Below are positions 10,010-20,822 of a stretch of 32,000 nt of DNA, one piece after another. The position numbers and the translations under genes are program-made. Location of the stretch: NCBI RefSeq assembly GCF_000011465.1, contig NC_005072.1, positions 1,020,001-1,052,000 of the forward strand. Reading direction: 5' to 3'. The first letter of the stretch is position 1. Every line of letters starts with the position of its first letter. The notes beneath the pieces were generated by a model. It worked only from the letters and a program-made list of their open reading frames with translations, was not told where the DNA came from and did not search any database. This stretch comes from Prochlorococcus marinus subsp. pastoris str. CCMP1986. GTDB lineage: Bacteria > Cyanobacteriota > Cyanobacteriia > PCC-6307 > Cyanobiaceae.

Positions 10010-10909
10010 CTAGGTACAAAAATAATCATAAATAATCTTGCTAGATAATGATGGCAAATCTACATGTGGAAGATGACCACAATTTTTCAACCCAATAAAA
10101 TTTAATTGATCTATTTGTTTTATTTTATTAATTTCTTTTTTACCGAGAATGCGATCATTCTCTCCACAAATAGTTTTAATTGAAATATTTTGCATGTATT
10201 TATATGTCCCAGCAAATCCACCACTTTTTGCAAAAGAAGCTAACGAATTTCTCCAACCGGAGCATCCTAAATGAATTGAGGCAATTTGTTCTTCCATTGA
10301 ACCAACACTTTTATCTGGATATGCAAAAGCTTGTCTACAAAGACCCTTTCTTACTTGAGATAATCCTAAAAAAGACGCCCCAATCTGGTTTAGTGGGAAG
10401 GGAATATTTTTGGATTCTCCAAACAAACCCGCTGGAGATAACAGAATCATCTTATCAATGAGCTCTGGGATTTCTTTCGACAAGTTTATCGCTACTGATC
10501 CTCCCATTGAAGCTCCTACAACCATTAATTTATTTTTTAATTTAAGGGTATTAATAATATCAAGAAGATTATAAATTATTTTACGAGGATTATATTGATT
10601 GGAAGCATTCCTCGGAGTAAATCCAAATCCTAATAAATCAGGAATTATTAATTGGAATTTTTTTTTTAAAAATGGATAAATCCTCCTAAATTCAAGAAAA
10701 CTACTATCAAATCCATGTAAGAAAAGGATTGGTTGACCAGTTCCTCCCATAACGACTGGAAATTCAGAAGAATTCCATTTTTCGTTAAGCTTTATCCAAT
10801 TAACGTCATTAGATATATTAAATCCTAATGGATCTTGAATAGAGTTTTTGACTTTTTCAAAATAATCAATATTCAACTTATTAAGATCATTATAAATATT
10901 CTTATTCAA
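10010..10909 (-). CDS. Alpha/beta hydrolase fold protein
   Basis: 299 aa. PILFLHGFDSS, IPDLLGFGFT, nucleophile elbow GASMGG, catalytic His region NCGHLPHVDLP. Confidence 0.88.
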   Translation of the reverse strand: MNKNIYNDLNKLNIDYFEKVKNSIQDPLGFNISNDVNWIKLNEKWNSSEFPVVMGGTGQPILFLHGFDSSFLEFRRIYPFLKKKFQLIIPDLLGFGFTPRNASNQYNPRKIIYNLLDIINTLKLKNKLMVVGASMGGSVAINLSKEIPELIDKMILLSPAGLFGESKNIPFPLNQIGASFLGLSQVRKGLCRQAFAYPDKSVGSMEEQIASIHLGCSGWRNSLASFAKSGGFAGTYKYMQNISIKTICGENDRILGKKEINKIKQIDQLNFIGLKNCGHLPHVDLPSLSSKIIYDYFCT

Positions 10910-10914
10910 AGTAT

Positions 10915-12009
10915 TTATGCTATTTTAATTTTTTGTTTTTCAAATTCTGTAATAGTTTTTATTATATCTTGCTGATTGATTTCAAAAGGCAAAAAATGAA
11001 TCTCTGATTTATCCCTGCAGGTAAATTCAGCAATTTTTTGTAAATTATTATTTTCAAAAACATTTATTCCTAAGTCGGCAATAGTAGTTGGTAAATCTAA
11101 TTTTCTCATTAATTCCATTAACTGTTTAATAGATTGATTAGCTAATTTATTGTTATTTTTAGTTTCTTCTAATCTCAGTTGCAATAAGATTCCTACTCCA
11201 ACAATTTCACCATGTAAAGGCTTATGACTTGAAATTATCTGAGTAATAGCATTATGTATAGCATGAGCAGCTGCAGTTCTACATTTTTCTCCACCAATTC
11301 CACCAATCAATCCAGCAGTAAGTGAACATCCCTCTACAACATTACACCAAGCAACGTTATGGAATGACTGACTCTTATAAGCACTTTCTCCATTAATAAG
11401 TAATTGGTCTCTTAATACTCTTGATATTTGAATTGCTTGCTGAACGAGTCCATCTTCCACTTTTGAGCTAGTCAAAGAAGATTCGTACCATTTAGCTAAT
11501 GCATCAGCTATTCCACTAGCAAGTGTCCGCTTAGGGGCTGTTTTAATAAAACCGTGATCAAGTACTAATATTTCAGGACAAGATTTCAACTCAATATCCT
11601 TGATAAATTGTCCATCTTTTGAATAAATATTTGATAATGCAGTCCAACCTGCACAAGTAGATGCACTTAAAGGGATAGTAATAGCAGGAATCGATAGAAA
11701 GTCTGCTAAAAATTTTCCTGCGTCTAAAACTTTGCCTCCACCTATAGCAATAATTGAATCGCAATTATTTTTAAGTATGATTCTTTCTATTCTTTCAAGA
11801 TCTTCATAACAACAATCAAATTGTAAGTTTGATTTAATTATATGGAAATGATGATCTTGTAAGTCTTTATAAATTTGATGCCTTATTTCCTTCGTTGATA
11901 AACTTCTACCTAAAACCAAGGGACGCTTAGAAATTTTTTTTATTTGTGTCAGAGATTCTTCCCAAGCATTATTTCCCCTAAATATTTTTTCTGGAGATAT
12001 TAATTGCAT
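10915..12009 (-). CDS. Glycerol dehydrogenase / iron-containing alcohol dehydrogenase family protein
   Basis: 364 aa. AIGGGKVLDAGKFLAD, IPLSASTCAGWTALSNIY, metal-ligand regions ASGIADALAKWYES, AAHAIHNAI and HGEIVGVG. Confidence 0.88.
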   Translation of the reverse strand: MQLISPEKIFRGNNAWEESLTQIKKISKRPLVLGRSLSTKEIRHQIYKDLQDHHFHIIKSNLQFDCCYEDLERIERIILKNNCDSIIAIGGGKVLDAGKFLADFLSIPAITIPLSASTCAGWTALSNIYSKDGQFIKDIELKSCPEILVLDHGFIKTAPKRTLASGIADALAKWYESSLTSSKVEDGLVQQAIQISRVLRDQLLINGESAYKSQSFHNVAWCNVVEGCSLTAGLIGGIGGEKCRTAAAHAIHNAITQIISSHKPLHGEIVGVGILLQLRLEETKNNNKLANQSIKQLMELMRKLDLPTTIADLGINVFENNNLQKIAEFTCRDKSEIHFLPFEINQQDIIKTITEFEKQKIKIA

Positions 12010-12023
12010 ATCAGAGAAGCTAT

Positions 12024-14552
12024 CTAGAAATTAGCCCCTGCCAATTCTTGAGAAGATTCTTCTGTAGAAATATTTACTATAACTTTCTTGTTCTCATCAA
12101 TATCAACTATAGCTTTGTCTCCATCTTTAATTCTTCCTGATAACACCTCTTCAGCTAAACTATCTTCTAATAAGCGCATGACTGCTCTTCTTAAAGGCCT
12201 TGCTCCGTAAGCTGGATTATATCCTTCCTCGACAAGCCTTTCTTTAAAAGCATCAGTAACATCTAGTTTTATACCCTTCTCGTTTAATCTAGAAAAAACT
12301 TCTTTTAACATTATTTCTGCAATATCTTTAACTTCATTTTTAGATAATTGTCTAAATACAATTATTTCATCGAGCCTATTTAAAAATTCTGGTCTAAAGT
12401 ATTGTTTTAATTCCTCATTTACCAAAGATTTTATCCTATTATATTGGCTATCTTCAACTGAATCTCCTGAAAATTCAAAGCCTAAACCTCCACCACCTTT
12501 TTCGATTACTTTAGAACCAATATTAGAAGTCATTATTAAAAGTGTATTTTTAAAATCGACCGTTCTACCTTTTGAGTCTGTCAATCTTCCATCTTCCAGT
12601 AATTGTAATAGTAAATTAAATACGTCTGGATGAGCTTTCTCAACTTCATCAAAGAGTACGACAGTGTATGGTCTTCTTCTTACTGCCTCTGTAAGTTGGC
12701 CTCCCTCATTAAATCCAACATACCCTGGAGGTGAACCAATTAATTTGCTAACAGTATGTCTTTCCATAAATTCAGACATATCTAATCTGATCATGGCTTC
12801 TTCACTACCAAAGAAATACGAAGCCAAGGATTTGGTTAATTCAGTTTTTCCAACCCCAGTAGGACCTGAAAAGATAAAACTTGCAATTGGCCTATTAGGA
12901 TTTTGTAAACCGACTCTAGCTCTTCTAATAGCTTTTGATACTGCTTTAACAGCCTCATCTTGACCTATTAACCTTTGATGCAAAGTCTCTTCCATATTAA
13001 GAAGTTTGACTGATTCGGTTTCTGTTAATTTCTGAACAGGAACTCCGGTCCAAGAAGCAACTATATGGGCTACATCTTCTTCACTTACAAGAGGATCATG
13101 AATAATAGTTGAGTTATTTTCCGTAGTTTCATTAGCATTACTTATTTCATTTTTTTCTGAACTTTCTTTTTTATTTTCCAATAACTCTTTTATTTTTGCA
13201 GATAATTCAATCTCTTTTTCTCTTAACACACCTGCCTGGTCAAAGTTCTGATCTCTTACTGATTCTTCTTTTTGTTTCTGGACTTGTCTTAATTCTTTAT
13301 CAATTTGTTTCGCTTCGGGAGGAAGTTTAGAATTAATCAACCTTACTCTACTACCAGCCTCATCTATAAGATCTATAGCTTTGTCTGGTAAAAATCTATC
13401 AGAAATGTAGCGATCACCTAAATGAGCTGCTGCTTCTAATGCATTATCTGTAATTTTTAAACGATGATGTTGCTCGTAACGTTCTCTTAAACCTTTTAAA
13501 ATTTCAATAGTATCAGCAATAGATGGCTCTCCAACCATTACAGGTTGGAATCTTCTTTCGAGAGCAGCATCTCTTTCAATATGCTTTCTATATTCATCAA
13601 GAGTTGTAGCACCTATACATTGGAGCTCACCTCTAGCTAATGCTGGTTTTAATATATTGGCAGCATCAATTGCTCCTTCAGCAGCTCCTGCACCTATTAA
13701 AGTATGAACTTCATCGATAACCAATATAACGTTACCTGCAGATTTAATTTCTTCCATTATTTTTTTTAGTCTTTCTTCAAATTCACCTCTATATTTTGTT
13801 CCTGCGACAAGGAGACCAATATCAAGAGTTAGAACTCTTTTATCCTCAAGTATATCTGGAATTTCTCCAAGTTGTATTCTTTGTGCTAAACCTTCAGCAA
13901 TAGCAGTTTTTCCTACTCCAGGTTCACCTATAAGAACAGGATTATTTTTAGTTCTTCTACCTAAAATTTGAATAACTCTATCAATTTCTGCATAGCGTCC
14001 AACAACTGGATCGAGTTTTGATTCGCTTGCTAGTTTTGTTAAATTTGTACCAAACTCGTCAAGAGTAGCTGTCTTTAAATTACCCTTATTTGAAGACCCA
14101 CCTGAACCAACCTCAGCAGTCTCTCCTAGCATTCTTATAACTTGAGTTCTGACTTTCGTTAAGTCAATTCCTAGATTTTCTAAAACTCTTGCTGCAACCC
14201 CTTCTCCTTCTCTTATTAAACCTAAAAGTAAATGTTCCGTACCTATATAATTGTGACCCAATTGGCGTGCTTCTTCAAGAGATAATTCTAAAACTCTTTT
14301 AGCTCTCGGTGTAAAAGGTATTTCAACTGCTACAAATCCTGAACCTCTTCCTATTATTTTCTCAACTTCTATTCTTGAATCTTTTAAATTTACACCTAGT
14401 GATTTGAGCACCTTTGCAGCTACACCTGTTCCTTCTCCAATTAAACCTAAAAGTATTTGTTCTGTTCCAACAAAATTATGCCCAAGCCTCCTAGCCTCTT
14501 CTTGAGCAAGCATAATGACTTTGATTGCTTTTTCTGTAAATCTTTCAAACAT
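12024..14552 (-). CDS. clpC: ATP-dependent Clp protease ATP-binding subunit ClpC
   Basis: 842 aa. [37 protein letters not shown], Walker [16 protein letters not shown] and [15 protein letters not shown]-like linker, [25 protein letters not shown]. Confidence 0.98.
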   Translation of the reverse strand: MFERFTEKAIKVIMLAQEEARRLGHNFVGTEQILLGLIGEGTGVAAKVLKSLGVNLKDSRIEVEKIIGRGSGFVAVEIPFTPRAKRVLELSLEEARQLGHNYIGTEHLLLGLIREGEGVAARVLENLGIDLTKVRTQVIRMLGETAEVGSGGSSNKGNLKTATLDEFGTNLTKLASESKLDPVVGRYAEIDRVIQILGRRTKNNPVLIGEPGVGKTAIAEGLAQRIQLGEIPDILEDKRVLTLDIGLLVAGTKYRGEFEERLKKIMEEIKSAGNVILVIDEVHTLIGAGAAEGAIDAANILKPALARGELQCIGATTLDEYRKHIERDAALERRFQPVMVGEPSIADTIEILKGLRERYEQHHRLKITDNALEAAAHLGDRYISDRFLPDKAIDLIDEAGSRVRLINSKLPPEAKQIDKELRQVQKQKEESVRDQNFDQAGVLREKEIELSAKIKELLENKKESSEKNEISNANETTENNSTIIHDPLVSEEDVAHIVASWTGVPVQKLTETESVKLLNMEETLHQRLIGQDEAVKAVSKAIRRARVGLQNPNRPIASFIFSGPTGVGKTELTKSLASYFFGSEEAMIRLDMSEFMERHTVSKLIGSPPGYVGFNEGGQLTEAVRRRPYTVVLFDEVEKAHPDVFNLLLQLLEDGRLTDSKGRTVDFKNTLLIMTSNIGSKVIEKGGGGLGFEFSGDSVEDSQYNRIKSLVNEELKQYFRPEFLNRLDEIIVFRQLSKNEVKDIAEIMLKEVFSRLNEKGIKLDVTDAFKERLVEEGYNPAYGARPLRRAVMRLLEDSLAEEVLSGRIKDGDKAIVDIDENKKVIVNISTEESSQELAGANF

Positions 14553-14737
14553 TACGGTGTTTAATTTCTTATTAATAACCTACCAGTATTAAGTCAATTT
14601 TGTGTTCAGAATGAGCTTTTGTGAATACCCAAAAGTATAAATTAATCAATATTAATTAATATTATTGATGATATAGCAGCTTATTAAAGTAATTTCAGGG
14701 ATTCTGGTTATCCGCACAAAAGATTTTTAAATATTTA

Positions 14738-15172
14738 TTATGTGAATTTTTTTTCTTTCAAAACAGCATCAGCACCACTTTTATAATAGTTTTTTCTTCT
14801 TCCAACAGTTAAAAAATTAAATTTGCAATAAAAGATCTCAGCAATTGAATTAGTTTCCGAAACTTCCAACAGTAATTTTTTTATATTTAGTTTTTCACAA
14901 TCTTTTATCAAATAGGTCATTAGTTGACTTCCATAACCTTTTCGACGAAATTTTTGTTTTATTGAAAAATAACTTATTTGAGCTTCATCAATTATTGTTT
15001 GAACTACATAAATTCCAATTATTTTCTTTTTTAATAATATTGCGACTACTTTGGTACCACTTTTATTAAACTCACTTTGCCATTGTTTTTTAGTCCATAA
15101 ACAAATTGTAGCTGAATCTAATTTGTAACATAATTCAAAATCTTTTTGATCAATTTCTTTAATTGAGATCAT
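14738..15172 (-). CDS. rimI: GNAT family acetyltransferase, probable RimI-like
   Basis: 144 aa. SIKQKFRRKGYGSQLMTYLI acetyl-CoA-binding motif and LLLEVSETNSIAEIFYCKFNFLTVGRRKNYY. Confidence 0.85.
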   Translation of the reverse strand: MISIKEIDQKDFELCYKLDSATICLWTKKQWQSEFNKSGTKVVAILLKKKIIGIYVVQTIIDEAQISYFSIKQKFRRKGYGSQLMTYLIKDCEKLNIKKLLLEVSETNSIAEIFYCKFNFLTVGRRKNYYKSGADAVLKEKKFT

Positions 15173-15265
15173 CGAAGTAAATATTTTCTCTCAAAAAATT
15201 TTTTGAGATTTATTTTATTATAAATGTTCTGAAAGTTGTAGAATAAACTTACGAAAGAGTTTCCC

Positions 15266-16639
15266 ATGAATGTAAAAACATCATTCTTAAAAAATAAAAT
15301 TAATGAAGATAGTCCCAATAAAAACATAGTTCCTGTCACAACGACCATTAATAGTGAACATAAGTTATTTATTGGGGAATGTTCTTTGGAAGATTTAGTA
15401 AGTAAATACGATTCACCCCTTTATGTTTTGGATGAGATTACCTTAAGAAATTCCTGTAAAGCATATAAAAAAGCACTAGAAAAATATTATCCAGGACCAT
15501 CACTACCGATATATGCATCCAAGGCAAATAGTTCAATATTTATGAGTAATTTAATTGCATCAGAGGGTTTTGGGCTCGATGCAGTTTCAGAAGGAGAATT
15601 ATTGACAGCTCTAAAAGGTGGAGTTCCTAATGAAAAAATTGTTTTTCATGGAAATAATAAATCTGATAAGGAAATTGAATTTGCGATAAAAAATAATATC
15701 AAAGTTATTGTGGATAACGACCATGATTTAAAAAGACTTGAAGAGATATCTAATTCCTTCAATCACGACATAGAAATAATGGTTAGATTTACACCTGGAA
15801 TAGAATGCCATACACATGAATACATCAGAACAGGTTCTTTTGATAGTAAATTTGGATTTGGAATCGAATCACTTGGTAGGCTATTCGAAGTTATAAGTAA
15901 AACTAAACACATTAAATTAACAGGATTACATGCTCATATTGGTTCTCAGATTTTTGAACTAGATCCTCATAATGACCTTGGAAAAATAATGGTAGATGTC
16001 ATTTTACAAGCTAAAGATTTTGGTCACAACATAAAAGAACTTAATGTAGGTGGTGGTCTAGGAATTAAATATACTGAGGAGGATGATCCTCCTTCTATTG
16101 ATGAGTGGATTAAAACAGTATCATTATCTGTTGTAAAAGCTTGTGATAAAAATAATTTAAACTTACCAATTCTTATGTGTGAGCCGGGTAGGTCTATAGT
16201 TTCAACAGCAGGAGTAACTATATACAAAATTGGCTCATTTAAAGAAATCCCTGGGATAAGGACATACTTATCAGTGGATGGCGGTATGAGTGATAATCCC
16301 AGACCAATTACATATCAATCAAAGTATTCAGCTTGTTTGGTAAATAACCCTTTAAATAGTAATTCCAAAAATAAATATACAGTTGCAGGAAAACATTGTG
16401 AATCTGGAGATGTATTATTTAAAGAACTTGAACTTGGTGATTGCAAAACAGGAGACTTGATATGTGTTTTTGGCACTGGTGCATATAATAATTCTATGAG
16501 TTCAAACTATAATAGAATTCCCAAGCCTGCTGCTATTTTAGTTTGTAATGGAGAAGCAGAGATTATTCAGAAAAGAGAAAGTCCACATGATCTTCTAAAA
16601 TATGATGTCCTTCCTGATCGCTTTATCAAACAAAGTTAG
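15266..16639 (+). CDS. lysA: Diaminopimelate decarboxylase
   Basis: 457 aa. YASKANSS PLP-lysine motif, GFGLDAVSEGEL, HAHIGSQIFEL, LNVGGGLGI, EPGRSIV, CESGDVL. Confidence 0.96.
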   Translation: MNVKTSFLKNKINEDSPNKNIVPVTTTINSEHKLFIGECSLEDLVSKYDSPLYVLDEITLRNSCKAYKKALEKYYPGPSLPIYASKANSSIFMSNLIASEGFGLDAVSEGELLTALKGGVPNEKIVFHGNNKSDKEIEFAIKNNIKVIVDNDHDLKRLEEISNSFNHDIEIMVRFTPGIECHTHEYIRTGSFDSKFGFGIESLGRLFEVISKTKHIKLTGLHAHIGSQIFELDPHNDLGKIMVDVILQAKDFGHNIKELNVGGGLGIKYTEEDDPPSIDEWIKTVSLSVVKACDKNNLNLPILMCEPGRSIVSTAGVTIYKIGSFKEIPGIRTYLSVDGGMSDNPRPITYQSKYSACLVNNPLNSNSKNKYTVAGKHCESGDVLFKELELGDCKTGDLICVFGTGAYNNSMSSNYNRIPKPAAILVCNGEAEIIQKRESPHDLLKYDVLPDRFIKQS

Positions 16640-16667
16640 GTACATTTAATATAATTTAAATTTCGAT

Positions 16668-17558
16668 GTGAATTTTTGGGGGTTTATAAACTTAAAATTT
16701 TTACTAGATGTACTATTTGCTCTAGGATTTGGTCTTTTATTATTTTCAAGAGTCAAAGAACAGCGAACGCTGTGGTTACTAAGAGGGTATTTATTATTAG
16801 TTTCTTTTGCTTGGTTTATTCAAAGATATGCTTATCTTCCTCTAACTTCAAAATTAATTGATGCAGTAGTACTTGCTTGCTCTCTATCTTTAGCAATCCT
16901 ATGGCAGGGTGAACTTCGACGATTAATGGAATTACTTGGGACTGGAAGGCTAGCTGTATTACTAGGCAACCCACCTAAAGAATTCAGAGCAACATCTACG
17001 ACAGTAAACCAATTAGTTGATGCCGCAGGAAAACTATCACAAAATAGAAAAGGAGCTTTGATAGTTGTAGATTTAGGAAGCGATTTAAGACCAGAAGATT
17101 TTTTATATTCAGGTATAAAGATTGAAGCAAAATTGTCTACAGATCTTTTAATAAATTTGTTTGCAACAGATACCCCCTTACATGATGGAGCAGTCTTAGT
17201 TAAAGGTAATAAAATAATTTCAGCGGGAGTAATATTACCTCTTTCAAGGCAAGGTATTAGTAGATACGGAACAAGACATCTTGCCGCGTTGGGCATTACA
17301 GAAAGGTTTGATAGATGTATTTGTATTGTTGTCTCTGAAGAAACAGGCACTTTATCATTAGCTAATCAAGGAAAACTCGAGAGACCTATTACGAGCAGCA
17401 GATTACAAGAACTTCTCATAAAGTTAGTAGGAAATCAAAATACATCGGGTACTCCAAAATCATCTTCGAACAAAACCAATTCGTACCAAAAAACAAATAC
17501 TAATGATACTATTACAGTTGAAAAGAAGTTAGACAAACAAAATACTATTCAAGATTAG
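16668..17558 (+). CDS. cdaA: CdaA-type diadenylate cyclase (DAC/DUF147 domain, N-terminal TM helices)
   Basis: 296 aa. TM-rich N-terminus. DAC domain with TPLHDGAVLVKGNKIISAGVILPLS, YGTRHLAALGITE and VVSEETGTLSLA. Confidence 0.93.
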   Translation: MNFWGFINLKFLLDVLFALGFGLLLFSRVKEQRTLWLLRGYLLLVSFAWFIQRYAYLPLTSKLIDAVVLACSLSLAILWQGELRRLMELLGTGRLAVLLGNPPKEFRATSTTVNQLVDAAGKLSQNRKGALIVVDLGSDLRPEDFLYSGIKIEAKLSTDLLINLFATDTPLHDGAVLVKGNKIISAGVILPLSRQGISRYGTRHLAALGITERFDRCICIVVSEETGTLSLANQGKLERPITSSRLQELLIKLVGNQNTSGTPKSSSNKTNSYQKTNTNDTITVEKKLDKQNTIQD

Positions 17559-17561
17559 TTT

Positions 17562-18380
17562 ATGAGATTGAATAACTTACAATTAAAAAATAATCTTAAT
17601 TTATCGAATAAATTAGATAAGGAGAGAATTCCAGAACACATTGCAATAATTATGGATGGCAATGGGAGATGGGCTACAAAAAAAGGGTTACCTAGATCAT
17701 TTGGGCATAATAAGGGTGTTAGTGTTCTTAAGGAAATTATTAAGGCATCTAAGAACATAGATTGTAAAGTTCTTACTGTTTATGCCTTTTCAACTGAGAA
17801 TTGGATTAGACCCTCTAATGAGGTTGATTTTCTTATAAATCTGTTTGAAAAAGTTTTGAAAAAAGAAATTTCTGAGATACATCAAGAATCAATAAAAATT
17901 AAGTTTATTGGAGATTTATCACCTCTTCCTAATTCATTAAAATTACTGATAAAGAGTTCAGAAGCTCTTACTAATAACAATAAAAAATTTACATTGAATA
18001 TTTGTGTAAATTATGGAGGTAGGCAAGAAATAGTAAAAGCTGCTAAAGAAATAGCCATCAAATCTTCCTCAGGTAAAATAAAACCCAGTGACATCGATGA
18101 ACAATTATTTAATTCAGAACTACTAACTAAGGGGAGCATGGATCCTGAACTACTAATACGAACAAGTGGTGAAAAAAGGATTAGTAATTTTCTTTTATGG
18201 CAATTAGCTTATTCTGAAATTTATGTTACTGATGTATTATGGCCAGATTTTACTGAGAGTGAATTTTTAAAAGCAATAATAGATTATCAATCGAGGAATA
18301 GGCGTTTTGGAGGTATAGAATCATTATCAAATGAATCTTTTGAAGATTCTTGCTATTCTTCCCTAAGTAAAAATGATTAA
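17562..18380 (+). CDS. uppS: Isoprenyl transferase (undecaprenyl diphosphate synthase)
   Basis: 272 aa. [61 protein letters not shown]. Confidence 0.97.
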   Translation: MRLNNLQLKNNLNLSNKLDKERIPEHIAIIMDGNGRWATKKGLPRSFGHNKGVSVLKEIIKASKNIDCKVLTVYAFSTENWIRPSNEVDFLINLFEKVLKKEISEIHQESIKIKFIGDLSPLPNSLKLLIKSSEALTNNNKKFTLNICVNYGGRQEIVKAAKEIAIKSSSGKIKPSDIDEQLFNSELLTKGSMDPELLIRTSGEKRISNFLLWQLAYSEIYVTDVLWPDFTESEFLKAIIDYQSRNRRFGGIESLSNESFEDSCYSSLSKND

Positions 18381-19380
18381 TTCTGATAATCAAAAATTTA
18401 GCGAAATAAGATTTGATTGGGAAAGAGACGAGATTTTGGAAATTTTAAATTACCCATTAATAGATTTAATGTGGGAAGCTCAAATTATTCATAGAAGATT
18501 TAATCAATATAAAGTCCAACTAGCTTCTCTTTTCAGTGTAAAAACTGGCGGGTGTGAAGAGAACTGTTCTTACTGTAGCCAATCAATTTATAGCTCTAGT
18601 CAAATTAAGAGTCACCCTCAATTTGAAGTTGAAGCTGTTTTAAATAGAGCTAAAACAGCAAAAAAAGAAGGTGCTGATAGATTTTGTATGGGTTGGGCTT
18701 GGAGAGAAATTAGAGATGGCAAACCTTTCAACTCAATGATAGAAATGGTCAAAGGTGTAAAAGAACTTGGAATGGAGGCATGTGTAACTGCAGGGATGCT
18801 CACAGATGAGCAGGCCTTGAAACTTGCCGATGCCGGGCTAACCGCATACAACCATAATCTCGATACAAGTCCTGAATACTATAAAAATATTATTACGACA
18901 AGAACTTATCAGGATAGATTAGAAACTATTAAAAGAGTAAGAAATGCAGGTATAAATGTATGTTGTGGAGGAATTATAGGTTTAGGAGAAGATAATGGAG
19001 ATAGAGCATCTCTTTTAGAAGTCCTCTCAAACATGAATCCTCACCCTGAAAGTGTCCCAATCAATTCTCTGGTAGCCATAGAAGGAACAGGTTTGGAGGG
19101 GGGAAAAGAAATTGATTCTATTGAGATGATAAGAATGATCGCTACTGCTCGAATTCTTATGCCAAAAAGCAAAATAAGATTAAGTGCTGGAAGGGAGAAC
19201 TTAACTAAAGAAGCTCAGATTCTTTGTTTTCAATGCGGAGCAAACTCTATTTTTTATGGAGATGAATTATTGACAACCTCAAATCCATCTTTTCAAGATG
19301 ATAGAAAACTACTTAAGGATGTAGGAGTTTTATTTAATAAAGACTTTGAATATTGTGATAAAACTGTTTCTACAGTATGA
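18373..19380 (+). CDS. bioB: Biotin synthase
   Basis: 335 aa. [17 protein letters not shown] radical-SAM Cys motif, [31 protein letters not shown]. Confidence 0.96.
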   Translation: MINSDNQKFSEIRFDWERDEILEILNYPLIDLMWEAQIIHRRFNQYKVQLASLFSVKTGGCEENCSYCSQSIYSSSQIKSHPQFEVEAVLNRAKTAKKEGADRFCMGWAWREIRDGKPFNSMIEMVKGVKELGMEACVTAGMLTDEQALKLADAGLTAYNHNLDTSPEYYKNIITTRTYQDRLETIKRVRNAGINVCCGGIIGLGEDNGDRASLLEVLSNMNPHPESVPINSLVAIEGTGLEGGKEIDSIEMIRMIATARILMPKSKIRLSAGRENLTKEAQILCFQCGANSIFYGDELLTTSNPSFQDDRKLLKDVGVLFNKDFEYCDKTVSTV

Positions 19381-20309
19381 GTAATAATATTTACAAGATT
19401 GTATCTCTCTATTCTTTCTTCTCATTTCAAGAAAATTCAATAATTGAACTGAAAGAAAACTTATTTAGTATTGAGAAGAACAATGATCTTTCAGGCCTAT
19501 TAATAATTGCGAGAGAGGGTCTTAACGGAACCGTTTGTGCTGAAGAAGGCATTATTGAAAATATCCTAAAGTTAATCAAAAATATTGTTGGGAATAACAA
19601 ATTAAACATTAAAGTTAGTTATTCAAAAAAAAAGATTTTCAAAAAATTAAAAATAAAAATCAAAGATGAAATAGTAACTATGGGTGTCCCAGAAATAAAT
19701 CCATCAGAAGATTCCGGAACTTATATTGACTCATTTTCTTGGAATAAATTAATTAAAGATAAAAATACAATCGTCGTTGATACTAGAAATCATTATGAAG
19801 TCTCTATAGGAAGTTTTAAAAAGTCAATCAATCCAAATACGGAAAATTTTAGCGAGTTTCCTGAGTGGGTGGATGATAATTTAGGGAAATATATAGGCGA
19901 CGATGATTCTAAAAATATAGCTATGTTTTGTACTGGAGGTATTAGATGTGAGAAAGCTACTAGTTTATTAAAAAAGAAAGGTTACAAAAACATCTTCCAT
20001 TTACAAGGCGGGATACTTAAATACCTCGAAGACATGTCAAAGGAAGAAAGCCTGTTTGAAGGAGAATGTTTTGTTTTTGATAAAAGAGTGGCTCTAGATC
20101 ACGAATTAAAACAAGGTTCTTACTCAATTTGTCATGCATGTGGGATGCCAATTTCTATAGAAGATCAAAAGAATAAGGAATACCGAGAAGGTATTCAATG
20201 TCATTTTTGTGTAAACAAATTCAGTGATAATGATAGAAAAAGATTTGAAGAAAGGCAAAAACAAATAAATAAATTAAAAGATAAAAATCAAAAAGTTTAT
20301 AAGGATTAA
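19377..20309 (+). CDS. trhO: Rhodanese-domain protein, TrhO/UPF0176 family (tRNA uridine 5-oxyacetic acid pathway type)
   Basis: 310 aa. [43 protein letters not shown]-terminal CHACGMP...CHFC metal-binding-like cysteines. Confidence 0.88.
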   Translation: MSNNIYKIVSLYSFFSFQENSIIELKENLFSIEKNNDLSGLLIIAREGLNGTVCAEEGIIENILKLIKNIVGNNKLNIKVSYSKKKIFKKLKIKIKDEIVTMGVPEINPSEDSGTYIDSFSWNKLIKDKNTIVVDTRNHYEVSIGSFKKSINPNTENFSEFPEWVDDNLGKYIGDDDSKNIAMFCTGGIRCEKATSLLKKKGYKNIFHLQGGILKYLEDMSKEESLFEGECFVFDKRVALDHELKQGSYSICHACGMPISIEDQKNKEYREGIQCHFCVNKFSDNDRKRFEERQKQINKLKDKNQKVYKD

Positions 20310-20321
20310 TTGATAATAATT

Positions 20322-20822
20322 ATGAAAGTTGAAGAATTACAAAATATAGCATTTTCCTTAGGCCTAGTTATAAAAATACAAGTAAGAGAAACTATTGGAT
20401 TATGTTTTTTTAAAATTGTTATCGCAGAACAAACAGATAATGTTGTAAAAATTTGGGGAGAGATGAAAGGTTGGACTTACCTTAATAAGAAGGGTATTCA
20501 ACTTGATACATTAAGGATCCTGAGTAACTCTCCACCTTTTGTTTCGGAATTAATATGGGCATCTACTATGGCTTGGGCAATAGAAATGAAAGTAAGTAAA
20601 AAAGCACGATTATTAGCTATTTATGATACCGAAGGATATAGTAAAAAACTTGTCAGATACTTTAAAATTATTGGTTTTAAAGTTGTAAAAGAAGTTGGTT
20701 CTAGTCCAATAGACCTTTTCTTAAGATTAATTTGGGGCGGGGCGGGAACACTAATGCAAGGAGAATGTTATTTTGTATTAAACAAAATGAAAGAAAAACT
20801 TTCTTTAATTGAAAAAGTCTAA
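20322..20822 (+). CDS. Conserved hypothetical protein
   Basis: The ORF track starts at 20310 (MIIIMKVEEL). The ATG at 20322 (MKVEELQNIAFSLGL...) is the more plausible start because trhO stops at 20309. Ends with a 4-nt convergent overlap with lipA. Confidence 0.7.
   Translation: MKVEELQNIAFSLGLVIKIQVRETIGLCFFKIVIAEQTDNVVKIWGEMKGWTYLNKKGIQLDTLRILSNSPPFVSELIWASTMAWAIEMKVSKKARLLAIYDTEGYSKKLVRYFKIIGFKVVKEVGSSPIDLFLRLIWGGAGTLMQGECYFVLNKMKEKLSLIEKV

Noticed and set aside
12664-12963. 99-aa plus-strand ORF antisense to clpC
   Set aside because: It is the antisense reading of conserved AAA motifs in clpC, and no independent evidence supports expression.
16832-17350. 172-aa minus-strand ORF antisense to cdaA
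   Set aside because: Long, but it is the complement of conserved DAC-domain codons. The cdaA frame is clearly the coding one.
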